DNA of 64,000 bases from Candidatus Dormiibacterota bacterium (GCA_963718525.1 OY970355.1:2912001-2976000); one strand, 5' to 3'; shown: positions 1-9,345, counted from the stretch's first letter. Numbers and translations: made by a program. The notes: generated by a model not told the origin, from the letters alone.

Positions 1-312
1 CTCGACGAGCATCCCCCGAGCTTCGACACTGCCACCGACTCCGGGGTGTTTCACGTGTTTGATGACGAGGACCGTCCTCGCTATGAACGTAGCGTTCGCC
101 GAGTGCTCCGCCCGGGAGGACATCTCTTCATCTTGTGCTTCAGCGAACTCGAGCCCGGGGACTGGGGCCCGCGGCGTGTGACACAGCGGGAGTTGCGTGA
201 GACATTCACCGACGGCTGGCAGGTGGACAGCATCGATGCAGCCCACTTGGACACCAAGGTCGAGGATGCGCATCACGCAAGGGCATGGCTTGTAGCGATG
301 ACGCGCCTCTGA
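1..312 (+). CDS. Class I SAM-dependent methyltransferase, C-terminal part (5' end outside window)
   Basis: Frame open from base 1: ...SFDTATDSGVFHVFDDEDRPRYERSVRRVLRPGGHLFILCFS, typical methyltransferase motif II and 'LRPGG' region. Confidence 0.8.
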   Translation, partial: LDEHPPSFDTATDSGVFHVFDDEDRPRYERSVRRVLRPGGHLFILCFSELEPGDWGPRRVTQRELRETFTDGWQVDSIDAAHLDTKVEDAHHARAWLVAMTRL

Positions 313-446
313 AGTTCATGGGTCGCACGCGCGGCGTCCTCGGGCTCTTGGAGCGCGTCCATAGGAGATCTCCTCACACTGATGAACTGCGGACGTGCGA
401 CGCATCAGGAGTTGGTGATCGTGGTCAGAATCCGCCGACATCTCGA

Positions 447-3215
447 TCAGGTTGCGAGCGACTTCCCCGACTCGGTCTGAAGGGCACGCGCCAAGCCCCC
501 ACGTGAGCGGATCCCAAGCTTGCGGTAGACGCGCGTGAGATTCGCCTCCACGGCTTTCGTGGAAAGGAACATCCGGTTCGCGATCTCCGCGTTGGCCAGT
601 CCCGAGGCTGCCAACTCGGCGATGCGGATCTCGGCCGGGGTCAGCGCGTCGGGAGAACCGGCGCGCCGACCGAGGCGCTCGATTTCGAGACGTGCTCGTT
701 CTGCCCAGAGCGGCGCGCCGAACTGCTCGAAGGCGATCAGGGCCTCGCCGAGCGTCGCCCTCGCCTCACCGCGCGTGCCGCGGCGGCGCTGGACACGCCC
801 GAGGACCAGTAAAGTGCGCGCTCGCTCAAACGGCATTGTGCAGCGATCGTGTTGAGCAAGCGCTTCTTCCAGAGCAGTCAGCGCACCGTCGACGTCGCCG
901 CGTGCCGCGGAGACGAGCGCGCGGCAGCGACCAGCGGCAGCACGCCCCCACGCGCGATCCAATGCTGTACTGCGCTCATCGAGCCACAGCAGGAGGGGCT
1001 CCGCGCGTTCGAGGTGCCCCAGCTCGACGAGCGCCTCGATCTCATCGGGCAGGAACATCCCGAGAAAGGGATCGCCGCCACCCTGCGAGGTCACCATCGT
1101 CGCGGCGTGCCCGAGCGCCTCATCGACCGCCGCCAGATTGCCGGTTGACAACTCGGTCATCCCGAGCGCCCACAGCGGCCACATGGTGCCCACCGCCCAG
1201 CCCAGTTCCTGGAAGCGGCGAAGCAACTCAGCGGCCTCTTCGCGCGCCAGGTCAGCCGTGCCGTCATGCGCATGCACCAGCGCATTGGCAGCGAGGGCGA
1301 TCCCGTGCGCTGCGGGATCGTCGAGCAGCGCGGCGGTCTGCATAGCCTCTTCAGCAAGGCGGCGGGCCGTCTCGAGATCCCCATGCCAGACGCACAGCCA
1401 TGCCTGATAGAAGCACGAGAACGGGATCGGGCTCTCTTCGCCGCGTTCGACCGTGTCCGCGTGCAGCCGGCTGAGCACCGAAAACGCCTGCTCCAGGCGG
1501 CCCATATACAACAGGATCGACCCGTGGATGAAGGCAGGCGTCATCTGCCACGCGCGGATGCGGGTGGGGTCCTCCAACGCCAGGGCCTTCCGCATGCGCT
1601 CCTCGTCGAAGCCTCGACCGGCGATAAACTCCGCGATGGTCACCACTGCGAGCGCGTCGCCCAGCGCGCTGGGATCGCCGGCCCGTTCCGCAGCTGCGAC
1701 CGCCCCGCGTGCGTGCTCTGCGGCGCCAGCCAGATCGCCGAGACTGATGACGTAGAACGCCAGGTCCAGCTCGATCTCCGCGATCAGCCCTGGGTCGCCG
1801 GCAGCCGCCTCGAGCGCCTGCGCGGCGACCGCGGCCGCCTCGGTGAAGGAGTTGCGACGCGAGTAGATCTGGCCCATAAGATGGAGTGCGCGAATACGCG
1901 TTCCCGCCGCGAGAGGGCCTGAGAGCGCCTGCTCAAGGTTGGACTGCGCACCAATAAGGTCACCCGCGTCGAAGCGGAACCCTGCTCCTGCGACGAGCCG
2001 CGCCGCTCGCCCATCGCCGTCGGTCGCCGGCGTCAGCTCCACAGCCAGCTCCAGAAGGTCGGCCGCCGCGATCGGTGCGCCGCGCGACCGCCCCAGCATC
2101 GCCGCCTCCTCGAGCTCGTGTGCGATGGCGGCATCGGGCTCGACCGCGCCCAGCGCGGCATGCCGCGCGCGCTCCTCGGGCTCGGTCACCACCGCCGCCA
2201 GCCGGCGGTGCAGGGAGCGCCTCTCCTCGGGGCCGGCTCGCCCGTAGAGGGCCGACGCGAGCAGCGGGTGCGCGAACTGGATGCGGCCGTGCTCGATGGA
2301 GACGATGCCCGCCCGCCGCGCCGCGCCCAGGGCGCTGGCGTCGATCACGTCGGTGGTCGGCTGCGAGAGCGCCGCAGCCATGAGCAGCGCGCGGCGGGTG
2401 GTCGCGGGGAGCTTCCCCAACCTGGCAACGACCAGCTCGGTGAGGCTGGGAGGAACCTGTAGCGGGCCGGCTTCGGTGTGCCGCTCCGGAAGCACGGCGG
2501 CGATCTCCAGCGCGTAAAAGGGGTTACCGCCACAGATGCGAGCCATCTCCACGAGGATCGGTCGCGTCACCGAGCGGTGGCTGTGCTGCTTGATCAACTC
2601 GTGGAGCGCGGCGACAGTCATGGCGCCGAGAACGATGGTTTGACGCCGGCTCGGGTCTGCGGCGCGATCGAATCGAAGAATCGCCGCGCTGGGCGTCCTG
2701 ACCGTAACCACGAATCCGACTGCTTCCGCTTCGAGTTTGCGGAGCACAAAGCTCAGGATGCGAGCCGACGGCGAGTCGAGCCACTGCGCATCATCGATCG
2801 CCACGACCACCGACCCGGAAGTCGTCAGCAGACGCAGCAGCGACAGCACCGCGGCGCACAGCGCTCGCTCATCGATGCCGGTGCGAGGCGCCGGGGCACG
2901 AAACAGTGCGGCCGCGACCGCCTCCTGGAGCGGGAGCGCCATCTGACCGATGGTCGCTTCGCCCACGGGGTCCAACAGGTCAGCCAGGCCTGCGTACGAA
3001 AGCGTCGCTTCGGCCTCGCTCGGACGTGTCGCCAGCACGTGTGCACCTCGTAGCTTGGCTCGGCGCACGCACTCCAGCCACATGGTGGTCTTGCCGATGC
3101 CGGCCTCACCCTCGACCGTCAGCACCTCAAAGCGGTGGCGTGCGGCGTCGAGGAACCCATCGACCGCACGCAGCTCCGCATCTCGCCCGACGACCGGTCT
3201 GGAATCGTCCCCCAT
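447..3215 (-). CDS. Large ATP-binding LuxR-family (LAL/STAND) transcriptional regulator
   Basis: N-terminal 'VVGRDAEL', Walker A GEAGIGKT, Walker B 'VAIDDAQWLD', helical repeats, C-terminal LuxR HTH (LTPAEIRIAELAASGLANAEIANRMFLSTKAVEANLTRVYRKLG); start placed at ATG 3215. Confidence 0.92.
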   Translation of the reverse strand: MGDDSRPVVGRDAELRAVDGFLDAARHRFEVLTVEGEAGIGKTTMWLECVRRAKLRGAHVLATRPSEAEATLSYAGLADLLDPVGEATIGQMALPLQEAVAAALFRAPAPRTGIDERALCAAVLSLLRLLTTSGSVVVAIDDAQWLDSPSARILSFVLRKLEAEAVGFVVTVRTPSAAILRFDRAADPSRRQTIVLGAMTVAALHELIKQHSHRSVTRPILVEMARICGGNPFYALEIAAVLPERHTEAGPLQVPPSLTELVVARLGKLPATTRRALLMAAALSQPTTDVIDASALGAARRAGIVSIEHGRIQFAHPLLASALYGRAGPEERRSLHRRLAAVVTEPEERARHAALGAVEPDAAIAHELEEAAMLGRSRGAPIAAADLLELAVELTPATDGDGRAARLVAGAGFRFDAGDLIGAQSNLEQALSGPLAAGTRIRALHLMGQIYSRRNSFTEAAAVAAQALEAAAGDPGLIAEIELDLAFYVISLGDLAGAAEHARGAVAAAERAGDPSALGDALAVVTIAEFIAGRGFDEERMRKALALEDPTRIRAWQMTPAFIHGSILLYMGRLEQAFSVLSRLHADTVERGEESPIPFSCFYQAWLCVWHGDLETARRLAEEAMQTAALLDDPAAHGIALAANALVHAHDGTADLAREEAAELLRRFQELGWAVGTMWPLWALGMTELSTGNLAAVDEALGHAATMVTSQGGGDPFLGMFLPDEIEALVELGHLERAEPLLLWLDERSTALDRAWGRAAAGRCRALVSAARGDVDGALTALEEALAQHDRCTMPFERARTLLVLGRVQRRRGTRGEARATLGEALIAFEQFGAPLWAERARLEIERLGRRAGSPDALTPAEIRIAELAASGLANAEIANRMFLSTKAVEANLTRVYRKLGIRSRGGLARALQTESGKSLAT

Positions 3216-3295
3216 CACGCAGATGATGGCAACCGCACGCGCTGCGGTCCAGCGCCGAGATGGCACAGACCTAGGGTCGCATTCGGTCGACCGGT

Positions 3296-3307
3296 AGGGA
3301 TATCCCT
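3296..3307. promoter_or_regulatory. Palindromic operator AGGGATATCCCT, probable LuxR-type binding site
   Basis: Perfect 12-bp palindrome in the divergent intergenic region; resembles the GGGAWWTCCC core of actinobacterial LuxR sites. Confidence 0.6.
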
Positions 3308-3346
3308 CTTTCGCGGCGCCGAGCCTCGGCCTAGGTTTGTGTCGGC

Positions 3347-3640
3347 ATGAAGCATCCGCATGTGGCCGAGTACATCGCCGAGTGCTTCTGGCCCGGCGTG
3401 CAAGAGGCGGACCTGGTCGCGCTTGACGAGCGGGTCGCGCGCAGCGCCGTCGACCTCGATCAGGACGCCCACACGGTGCGCTATCTCGGCTCGTTGCTTT
3501 TGCGCGAAGACGAAGTCGTGCTCTGCCGGTTCGAGGGATCCGAGCCCGAAGTACGCCGTGTCGCCGAGGGGGCAGGCGTCCCCTTTGAACGGATCCTCGA
3601 GGCTGGCCACTCGCCGTGGACCGTGGATCCGAGACGATGA
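3347..3640 (+). CDS. Small DUF4242/SCO4226-like protein
   Basis: YIAECFWPG...VRYLGSLLLREDEVVLCRFEGSEPEVRRVAEGAGVPFERI pattern; TGA overlaps next ATG (ATGA). Confidence 0.7.
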   Translation: MKHPHVAEYIAECFWPGVQEADLVALDERVARSAVDLDQDAHTVRYLGSLLLREDEVVLCRFEGSEPEVRRVAEGAGVPFERILEAGHSPWTVDPRR

Positions 3641-6600
3641 TGCACCGCTCTCTGGCCGCTCTCGTGTGCGGCGCTGGAATGCTCGTCACCTCAAGCCTAC
3701 TTGGTGCGTGCAATTCCGCGAGCCCCGGGCCTGACCTCGCCGCGCTGACTCTCGACGAGTGCGATCCCGCGGCGTTTGTGGCGTGCAACCAGCAGGCCGC
3801 CTTCCTGTCGATTCCCATAGCCGACACGGGTCTCTCGCTCACGTACTCGAGCCAGTGGGCGCCGGCGCGCACGGATCGCCCCAACTGGAGTGCTAGCTCG
3901 CTTGGCCTCGGGGGCTGGTCGCTCGATGTCGTCCAGCGCTACGACATTGCTGACGGCATCCTCATTGGTGGAGACGGCTCGTGGCGGTTTGCGAGTGGCG
4001 TATCAGCCGCCTCGGGCGGACGCGTCGTGCCCAGCTTCGACGGTTCCGTCGCGTATGTATTCGACTCCGCCGGCCGGCTCGTCCGCACCGTCGACGGCCA
4101 TCTGGGCATCGTGTTGCTCACCTTCACCTACGACTCATCGGGACGGCTCACCTCCGTTGGCGGCACGGCAAACAGCGGACCGGCGCACCTCACCGTCCGG
4201 CGAGCGCCCGACGGAACCCCGGAGGCGCTGCAGGGTATCGATGGCGCGGTGACCTCGCTGGCGCTGGACAGGAGTGGCCATCTGGTCGGAGTGACGAACC
4301 CGGCGGGTGCCGCCATTCAACTCACGTGGGGACCCCGGGGCCTGGTCACGACAGAAACGGACGCACTGGGCGGAGTCAGCCGCTTCGTCTACAACTCGGC
4401 GGGGCAACTCGTGTCCTCGTCGGACGCGGACGGGGTCATCGAAAAGCTCAACCGCACAACGATCGCCGGTGGGGATGAGGTCCGGGTCACGACGGCGCTC
4501 GGCCGGGTCTCGATCTATCGCGCCGTGCACGCGGCCAGCGGAGTTCGCATCTCCTACATTGCGCCGGGAGGCGCTGCCACGGTCGAGACGATCGCGGGCA
4601 ACGGATCACGGTCGCTGTCACTGCCCGATGGCACGCGGCACCAGATCGGTGCCCAACCGAGCGCGGTTTGGGGCCTCTCGGCGCCACTGCTGACCCCCGA
4701 CGTCGAGACGCGTCCCGGCGGGGTCACTTCACGCATCACACTCAGCGAGGATCTGCATGAGCGCGGCGGCTCGCCATACACCCTCGCCGGATCCATCACA
4801 GCGAGGATCAACGGCGCTTCGACGGTCGAGACCTTCGACCCGGTATCGCGCACGACGACCGTCACCGATCCGCTCGGTCGCCAAACGATCAACACGTACG
4901 ACTCTGACGGTCGCCTGGTCGCCAGCAGAGGACCGGGGAGCGCGCCGGTCACCTACACCTATGACGCGAACGGTCGCGAGGTCAGCGAGACCGTCGGGGC
5001 CGGGTCGCTCGCGCAGACGACACGATTCACGTACAACACCTCCACCGGCACCATCAGCCAGACACTGCCCAACGGTCAGGTGACCAACGAGGCCGTGGAC
5101 GCAGCCGGCAACGCGGCGACGATTACTGCAGCGGACGGTTCGACGGTCGTCGAATCCTACGACGCGGCGGGAAGATTGACCGGGGTGCAATCGCCGGGCG
5201 GCCTGAGCTACACGCTGGGTTCCAGCCCAGCAGGGCGGCCCACGGCGATCCTCCCGCCGCAGGTCGGCTCGGACGCAACGATCGAAACAGCCCGCTACGA
5301 CAGCGACGGCAACGTGGTGTCCGTATCCGGAGTAGGGCCGCAACCGGTCAGCGTGGCTTACGACACCGCAGGTCGCGTCACCGGTCTGACGTTCGACCAG
5401 GGAACGGCCAGCGCGTCATTCAACTCCACCTCTGGGTTGATCGCACGGACCTCCGATCCGGACGGGGTGACCACCGCCTACGGGTACAGCGGCGCTTTGC
5501 TCAACTCGCTCAGCTGGTCAGGCCCGCTCACCGGATCGGTTTCGGTCATACTCGACGCGAACGGGCGCGCGGTCTCGGAGAGCACGGACGGGTCCGCCGC
5601 GCTGACGCTGGCCTACGACGCGTCCGGCGATCTGACGGGTATCGGGCAGCTCGTGCTCACTCGCGATCCGAGCAGCGGTTTGGTCACCAGCGCAAGGCTC
5701 GGCTCGGTGACGACCGATGACCAGTACGACTCCAACGACCAGCTCGTCCGTGCCACCACCGCCGCGTCAGGCAAGGTACTGCTCGATATCCGCTACACAC
5801 GCGACGCCCTCGGACGGATCACCGCCGTGGTCCAGACCGGTGCCGATGGAGCCACAACAACGACGGCCTACACATACGACCCTGCAGGGAGGCTGTCCAC
5901 CGTGCAGGTCCGGGGGAGCACCGTCGAAATTGACACATACGATGCTGCGGGCAACCGCACCGGCGTTGCGGCTCCGTCGGAGACGACCAGGGCAACGTAC
6001 GACGCGCGCGACGAGCTGACGAGCTGGGGCGGGACGACGTACACCTGGGCTCCGGATGGAACCCTGACGCGAGTGGCCGGAAGCGCAGGAGCGACCGCAT
6101 TCACGTTCGACGATCTCGGCCGCCTCCGCTCTGTCAAGCCACCGAACGGGCAGGCGATCACGTACCTGGTTGACGCGGAGGGCAGGCGTGTCGGCCGCGA
6201 AGTCGATGGCAAGCTGGTCGCCGGCTATCTGTTCGACACTGCGGGCAACGTCGTCGCCGAGACCGATGCCACCGGAGCGGTCGTGGAGCGCTTCGGCTAC
6301 GACGACCTCGGCCATCTCGCGCTGGTCGAGCGTGGCGGCTCCACCTACCGGGTGATCACCGACCAGGTAGGCAGTCCGATCCTCGTCCTTGACTCGCAGA
6401 CGGGCGCGATTGTCGACGCCATCTCGTACGACGTGTGGGGTCGAATCACGAGCGAGTCGGCGCCAGGGACGTTTCCCTTCGCGTTCGGCGGCGGCCTCAG
6501 CGACCCAAACACCGGCCTCGTGCACCTGGGCGCCCGTGACTACGATCCGATGACGGGCCGCTGGACTGCGCCGGATCCAATCGCATTCGCGGGTGGCGAT

Positions 6601-8424
6601 ACGAATCTCTATCGCTATGCCGCCGGAGACCCGGTCAATGACAGCGATCCCAGCGGCCTCCTAGTTCAGCCCGAGCTGTTGTGCACGCGATCCGGTCAAT
6701 GTGGTGACTTCTTCCCACCCGGTGGCCTTCCGTATCCGTGCACACAATCGGGTCAGTGCGGCAAGTACTTCCCTCCTGGTGGAATCCCGTGGGAGCCGCC
6801 GAGCCCGCCGCCGGCGCCCCCTTCGAACGAGTCAAGCCCTACCGGTCCGCAGACTTGCTTCGCCCTGCGATGCACTTCGTTCGATCTGCCGCCAGGGCCG
6901 CCGTCGTGCAGATTGGCCTTTTGTACCCAAACCCCGGGCGGTGGCTTCTGGTGTGTTGGCTATAGCTGCCTCGGCCCGAACGGCGAGGTGTGCGAAAGGG
7001 GCTATTGCTCCTGGGGCGACACACATTTCCTGACCGCCGACGGCGTGCACGTGGACTTCCAGGCCGCGGGTGAGTTCGACGCCATCGAGTCAGCCGACGG
7101 CAACCTCCATATACAGGTGCGGCAGCAAGCGTGGCCAGGGGAGACGAATATCACGGTCGCAACCGCTCTTGCGGCCAACGTCGACGGTGATCGCATAGGT
7201 GTCTACACGAGGGAGCCGTCGTTCTTGCTCGTCAACGGCGCACCGGTCAACGCGGCGGACATTTCCGAGAAGCTCCCCCACGGCGGCAGCCTGCAGCGCC
7301 ACGGCGGCACCGTCATCCTGACCTGGCTCGACAACAGCCAGCTCAGCATCACCAGCGTCGCCGCCACACTCAGCTATCACCTCCATCCCGCCGCGGCTGC
7401 GAGCTCCGAACTCACCGGCCTGCTCGGAAGCGCCGGTGCCTCCAACGCCCTCAAAGCCCGCGACGGAAGCGTCCTGCAACTCTCGGATCCCGCCTACAGG
7501 ACCAAGCTCTACACGCAGTTCGGTGACAGCTGGCGGATCTCGCCGTCGGAGTCGCTGTTCGACTACCAGTTGGGCGAGAGCACGCGCACGTTCACCGACC
7601 TCAACATTCCAACTGCCGATGTGACCGTATCGTCGCTGCCGGCACCGGCGGTGGCGAGCGCAAAGACCGTCTGCGGTGCGCTCGGCGTCGAGACCGAGCC
7701 ACTGCTTGACGATTGCATCCTCGATGTCGGCGCGACGGGTGACCCTGCGTTGGCGGCGGCATCGGCCGCGGTCGCCGCGTCGGGCATCGTCGGCACATCG
7801 CCCGCACCAACCACGAATGCGGGCGAACTCGTCCTTGGTCAGCCCGTATCCGGGACACTCCGGTCGACGAGCCAGCGCAACGACTACACGTTCGCCGCGA
7901 GCGCGGGCGATGTCGTCTTCCTCAAGGCTCGCGGCACATGCGTGGACGGCCTCTATTGGGGCCTGTTCCGTCCTGACGGCACGCGCCAGGACTTCAATCT
8001 GACCTGCAGGGATGTCGGGCGACAGATGCTCGCGACGTCAGGCACCTGGACCGTGCGGGTGTACTCGGACGGCACCGCCGCCGGTGCCTATGCCTTCACC
8101 GTCCTCGCCGCCCCCGCGCTGACCACGCAAGCGATCAGCGTCGACCAGCCCGTCACTGGCACGGTTGATCAAATCGGCGCCTGGCACGATTACACCTTCT
8201 CCGCAAGCGTAGGGGAGGTCGTCTACCTCAAGGCCCAGGGGACCTGCGTCGCGCTGCTCTACTGGGAGCTCTACCGCCCGGACGGTATCCGCCAAGACTT
8301 CGCCAACTCGTGCGGGGACATGGGACGCCAGGTGCTCGCTATTTCGGGCACGTGGACGGTGCGGATCTACTCGGACACCACAGCCACTGGCTCCTACGCG
8401 TTCACCGTCAGCTCGAGTCAGTAG
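3637..8424 (+). CDS. Teneurin-like YD/RHS-repeat lipoprotein with C-terminal Cys-rich, VWD/C8-like and two PPC-like domains
   Basis: Lipobox LLGAC; many YDxxGRL repeats; RHS core ARDYDPMTGRWTAPDP...PVNDSDPSG; 'WGDTHFLTADG...DFQAAGEF' VWD start; 'FGDSWRIS', 'CILDVGATGD'; terminal duplicated ~98-aa domains. Confidence 0.9.
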   Translation: MMHRSLAALVCGAGMLVTSSLLGACNSASPGPDLAALTLDECDPAAFVACNQQAAFLSIPIADTGLSLTYSSQWAPARTDRPNWSASSLGLGGWSLDVVQRYDIADGILIGGDGSWRFASGVSAASGGRVVPSFDGSVAYVFDSAGRLVRTVDGHLGIVLLTFTYDSSGRLTSVGGTANSGPAHLTVRRAPDGTPEALQGIDGAVTSLALDRSGHLVGVTNPAGAAIQLTWGPRGLVTTETDALGGVSRFVYNSAGQLVSSSDADGVIEKLNRTTIAGGDEVRVTTALGRVSIYRAVHAASGVRISYIAPGGAATVETIAGNGSRSLSLPDGTRHQIGAQPSAVWGLSAPLLTPDVETRPGGVTSRITLSEDLHERGGSPYTLAGSITARINGASTVETFDPVSRTTTVTDPLGRQTINTYDSDGRLVASRGPGSAPVTYTYDANGREVSETVGAGSLAQTTRFTYNTSTGTISQTLPNGQVTNEAVDAAGNAATITAADGSTVVESYDAAGRLTGVQSPGGLSYTLGSSPAGRPTAILPPQVGSDATIETARYDSDGNVVSVSGVGPQPVSVAYDTAGRVTGLTFDQGTASASFNSTSGLIARTSDPDGVTTAYGYSGALLNSLSWSGPLTGSVSVILDANGRAVSESTDGSAALTLAYDASGDLTGIGQLVLTRDPSSGLVTSARLGSVTTDDQYDSNDQLVRATTAASGKVLLDIRYTRDALGRITAVVQTGADGATTTTAYTYDPAGRLSTVQVRGSTVEIDTYDAAGNRTGVAAPSETTRATYDARDELTSWGGTTYTWAPDGTLTRVAGSAGATAFTFDDLGRLRSVKPPNGQAITYLVDAEGRRVGREVDGKLVAGYLFDTAGNVVAETDATGAVVERFGYDDLGHLALVERGGSTYRVITDQVGSPILVLDSQTGAIVDAISYDVWGRITSESAPGTFPFAFGGGLSDPNTGLVHLGARDYDPMTGRWTAPDPIAFAGGDTNLYRYAAGDPVNDSDPSGLLVQPELLCTRSGQCGDFFPPGGLPYPCTQSGQCGKYFPPGGIPWEPPSPPPAPPSNESSPTGPQTCFALRCTSFDLPPGPPSCRLAFCTQTPGGGFWCVGYSCLGPNGEVCERGYCSWGDTHFLTADGVHVDFQAAGEFDAIESADGNLHIQVRQQAWPGETNITVATALAANVDGDRIGVYTREPSFLLVNGAPVNAADISEKLPHGGSLQRHGGTVILTWLDNSQLSITSVAATLSYHLHPAAAASSELTGLLGSAGASNALKARDGSVLQLSDPAYRTKLYTQFGDSWRISPSESLFDYQLGESTRTFTDLNIPTADVTVSSLPAPAVASAKTVCGALGVETEPLLDDCILDVGATGDPALAAASAAVAASGIVGTSPAPTTNAGELVLGQPVSGTLRSTSQRNDYTFAASAGDVVFLKARGTCVDGLYWGLFRPDGTRQDFNLTCRDVGRQMLATSGTWTVRVYSDGTAAGAYAFTVLAAPALTTQAISVDQPVTGTVDQIGAWHDYTFSASVGEVVYLKAQGTCVALLYWELYRPDGIRQDFANSCGDMGRQVLAISGTWTVRIYSDTTATGSYAFTVSSSQ
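7822..8421 (+). repeat. Intragenic tandem duplication of a ~98-aa PPC-like beta-sandwich domain
   Basis: Both copies read QPVxGT...DYTFxASxGxVVxLKAxGTCV..LYWxLxRPDGxRQDF..C.D.GRQ.LA.SGTWTVRxYSD.TAxGxYAFTV. Confidence 0.85.
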
Positions 8425-8678
8425 GAAAGGTCATGCTTGGAAACGAGCATGCTCAAAGACCTTGCAATCGGCACCGATGATTTCACCGGGTACAGCTCGC
8501 AGGTCATGCTGGACAGCGACGGTTCGGGCTCGGCGTCTTCCAACAACCTGTCCGCATTCACGTCAAGCGCCGTTGACTCCGGGACGATCACGTGGACGTG
8601 CTCCAGCTGCTGTCGGTCTTGGCCACCGTGCGGGTGCTCTTGAAAGGAGGGCGTACCCGCTATGTTCGATGGCGTTGT

Positions 8679-8933
8679 TCAAGCGTTGACCACTTGCCTT
8701 TGGAATAGATAGGCCACAGCACTCGTAACCCAGGCGATTATCAGTCCCACTCCGACACCCCTGAAGTATGTGTGTCCAGAGAGATATCCCACCAAAAGGA
8801 ATATGACACTCAGCACCAACTCGAGTGCGATTAGCGACGTCAGCAGATGATGTTTCAAAAGCCTTCGTCGCCAGTCCGGCAAGAAGAAGCTGTTTCTGTC
8901 CACGTAATCCACCCTTCTATGATGCTCTGGCAA
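8679..8933 (-). CDS. Small two-TM membrane protein, hypothetical
   Basis: Two hydrophobic stretches (LLTSLIALELVLSVIFLLVGY; GVGVGLIIAWVTSAVAYLF); AT-richer than flanks; start uncertain. Confidence 0.45.
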   Translation of the reverse strand: MPEHHRRVDYVDRNSFFLPDWRRRLLKHHLLTSLIALELVLSVIFLLVGYLSGHTYFRGVGVGLIIAWVTSAVAYLFQRQVVNA

Positions 8934-9058
8934 TGCTTAATACTCTCGTTGAACGCGAGGGAGCTGTCAATTGACCAATTCGGATTCGCCCATGCAGGGC
9001 GCAAACGCCGGGCGGACCGATGTCACAATTCACTGGCACTGGTTTCGGGCCACTGTTC

Positions 9059-9140
9059 TCACCTAAGGTCGCGGCGATTGAAGCGGATTGCGCCAACGGC
9101 GCAAATCACAGCCGCGATTCCCAGGATGACCGCGTTCCGG
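9059..9140 (-). pseudogene. Remnant C-terminus of an ABC-2-type permease
   Basis: ...AVILGIAAVICAVGAIRFNRRDLR* matches the 'FxRRDL' permease tail; upstream part not recognisable. Confidence 0.4.
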
Positions 9141-9345
9141 TGGGGTGGGTAAGCATGCGCTGCCCCGATCGTCCCTTCATTTTGATCACCCATACGGTTG
9201 GTGCCTACTGGATCCTCAGCGCTTACTGAATATGGCGAAGATAGTCCCTGGTTGAACTCAGCGGAAGAGCCGAAGATCACTAGTTACAGGGTTTCGTGGC
9301 GGTCGCGTGGCACCCATTCCGGTAATGCGCTAGGCGCGACGCTGC

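Noticed and set aside
3216-3884. N-terminal 223-aa extension of the LuxR ORF
   Set aside because: Overlaps the operator and two plus-strand genes; Arg/Pro-rich shadow translation
8437-8689. Immunity gene candidate downstream of the RHS gene
   Set aside because: Short ORFs without recognisable family or consistent codon bias; cannot be supported
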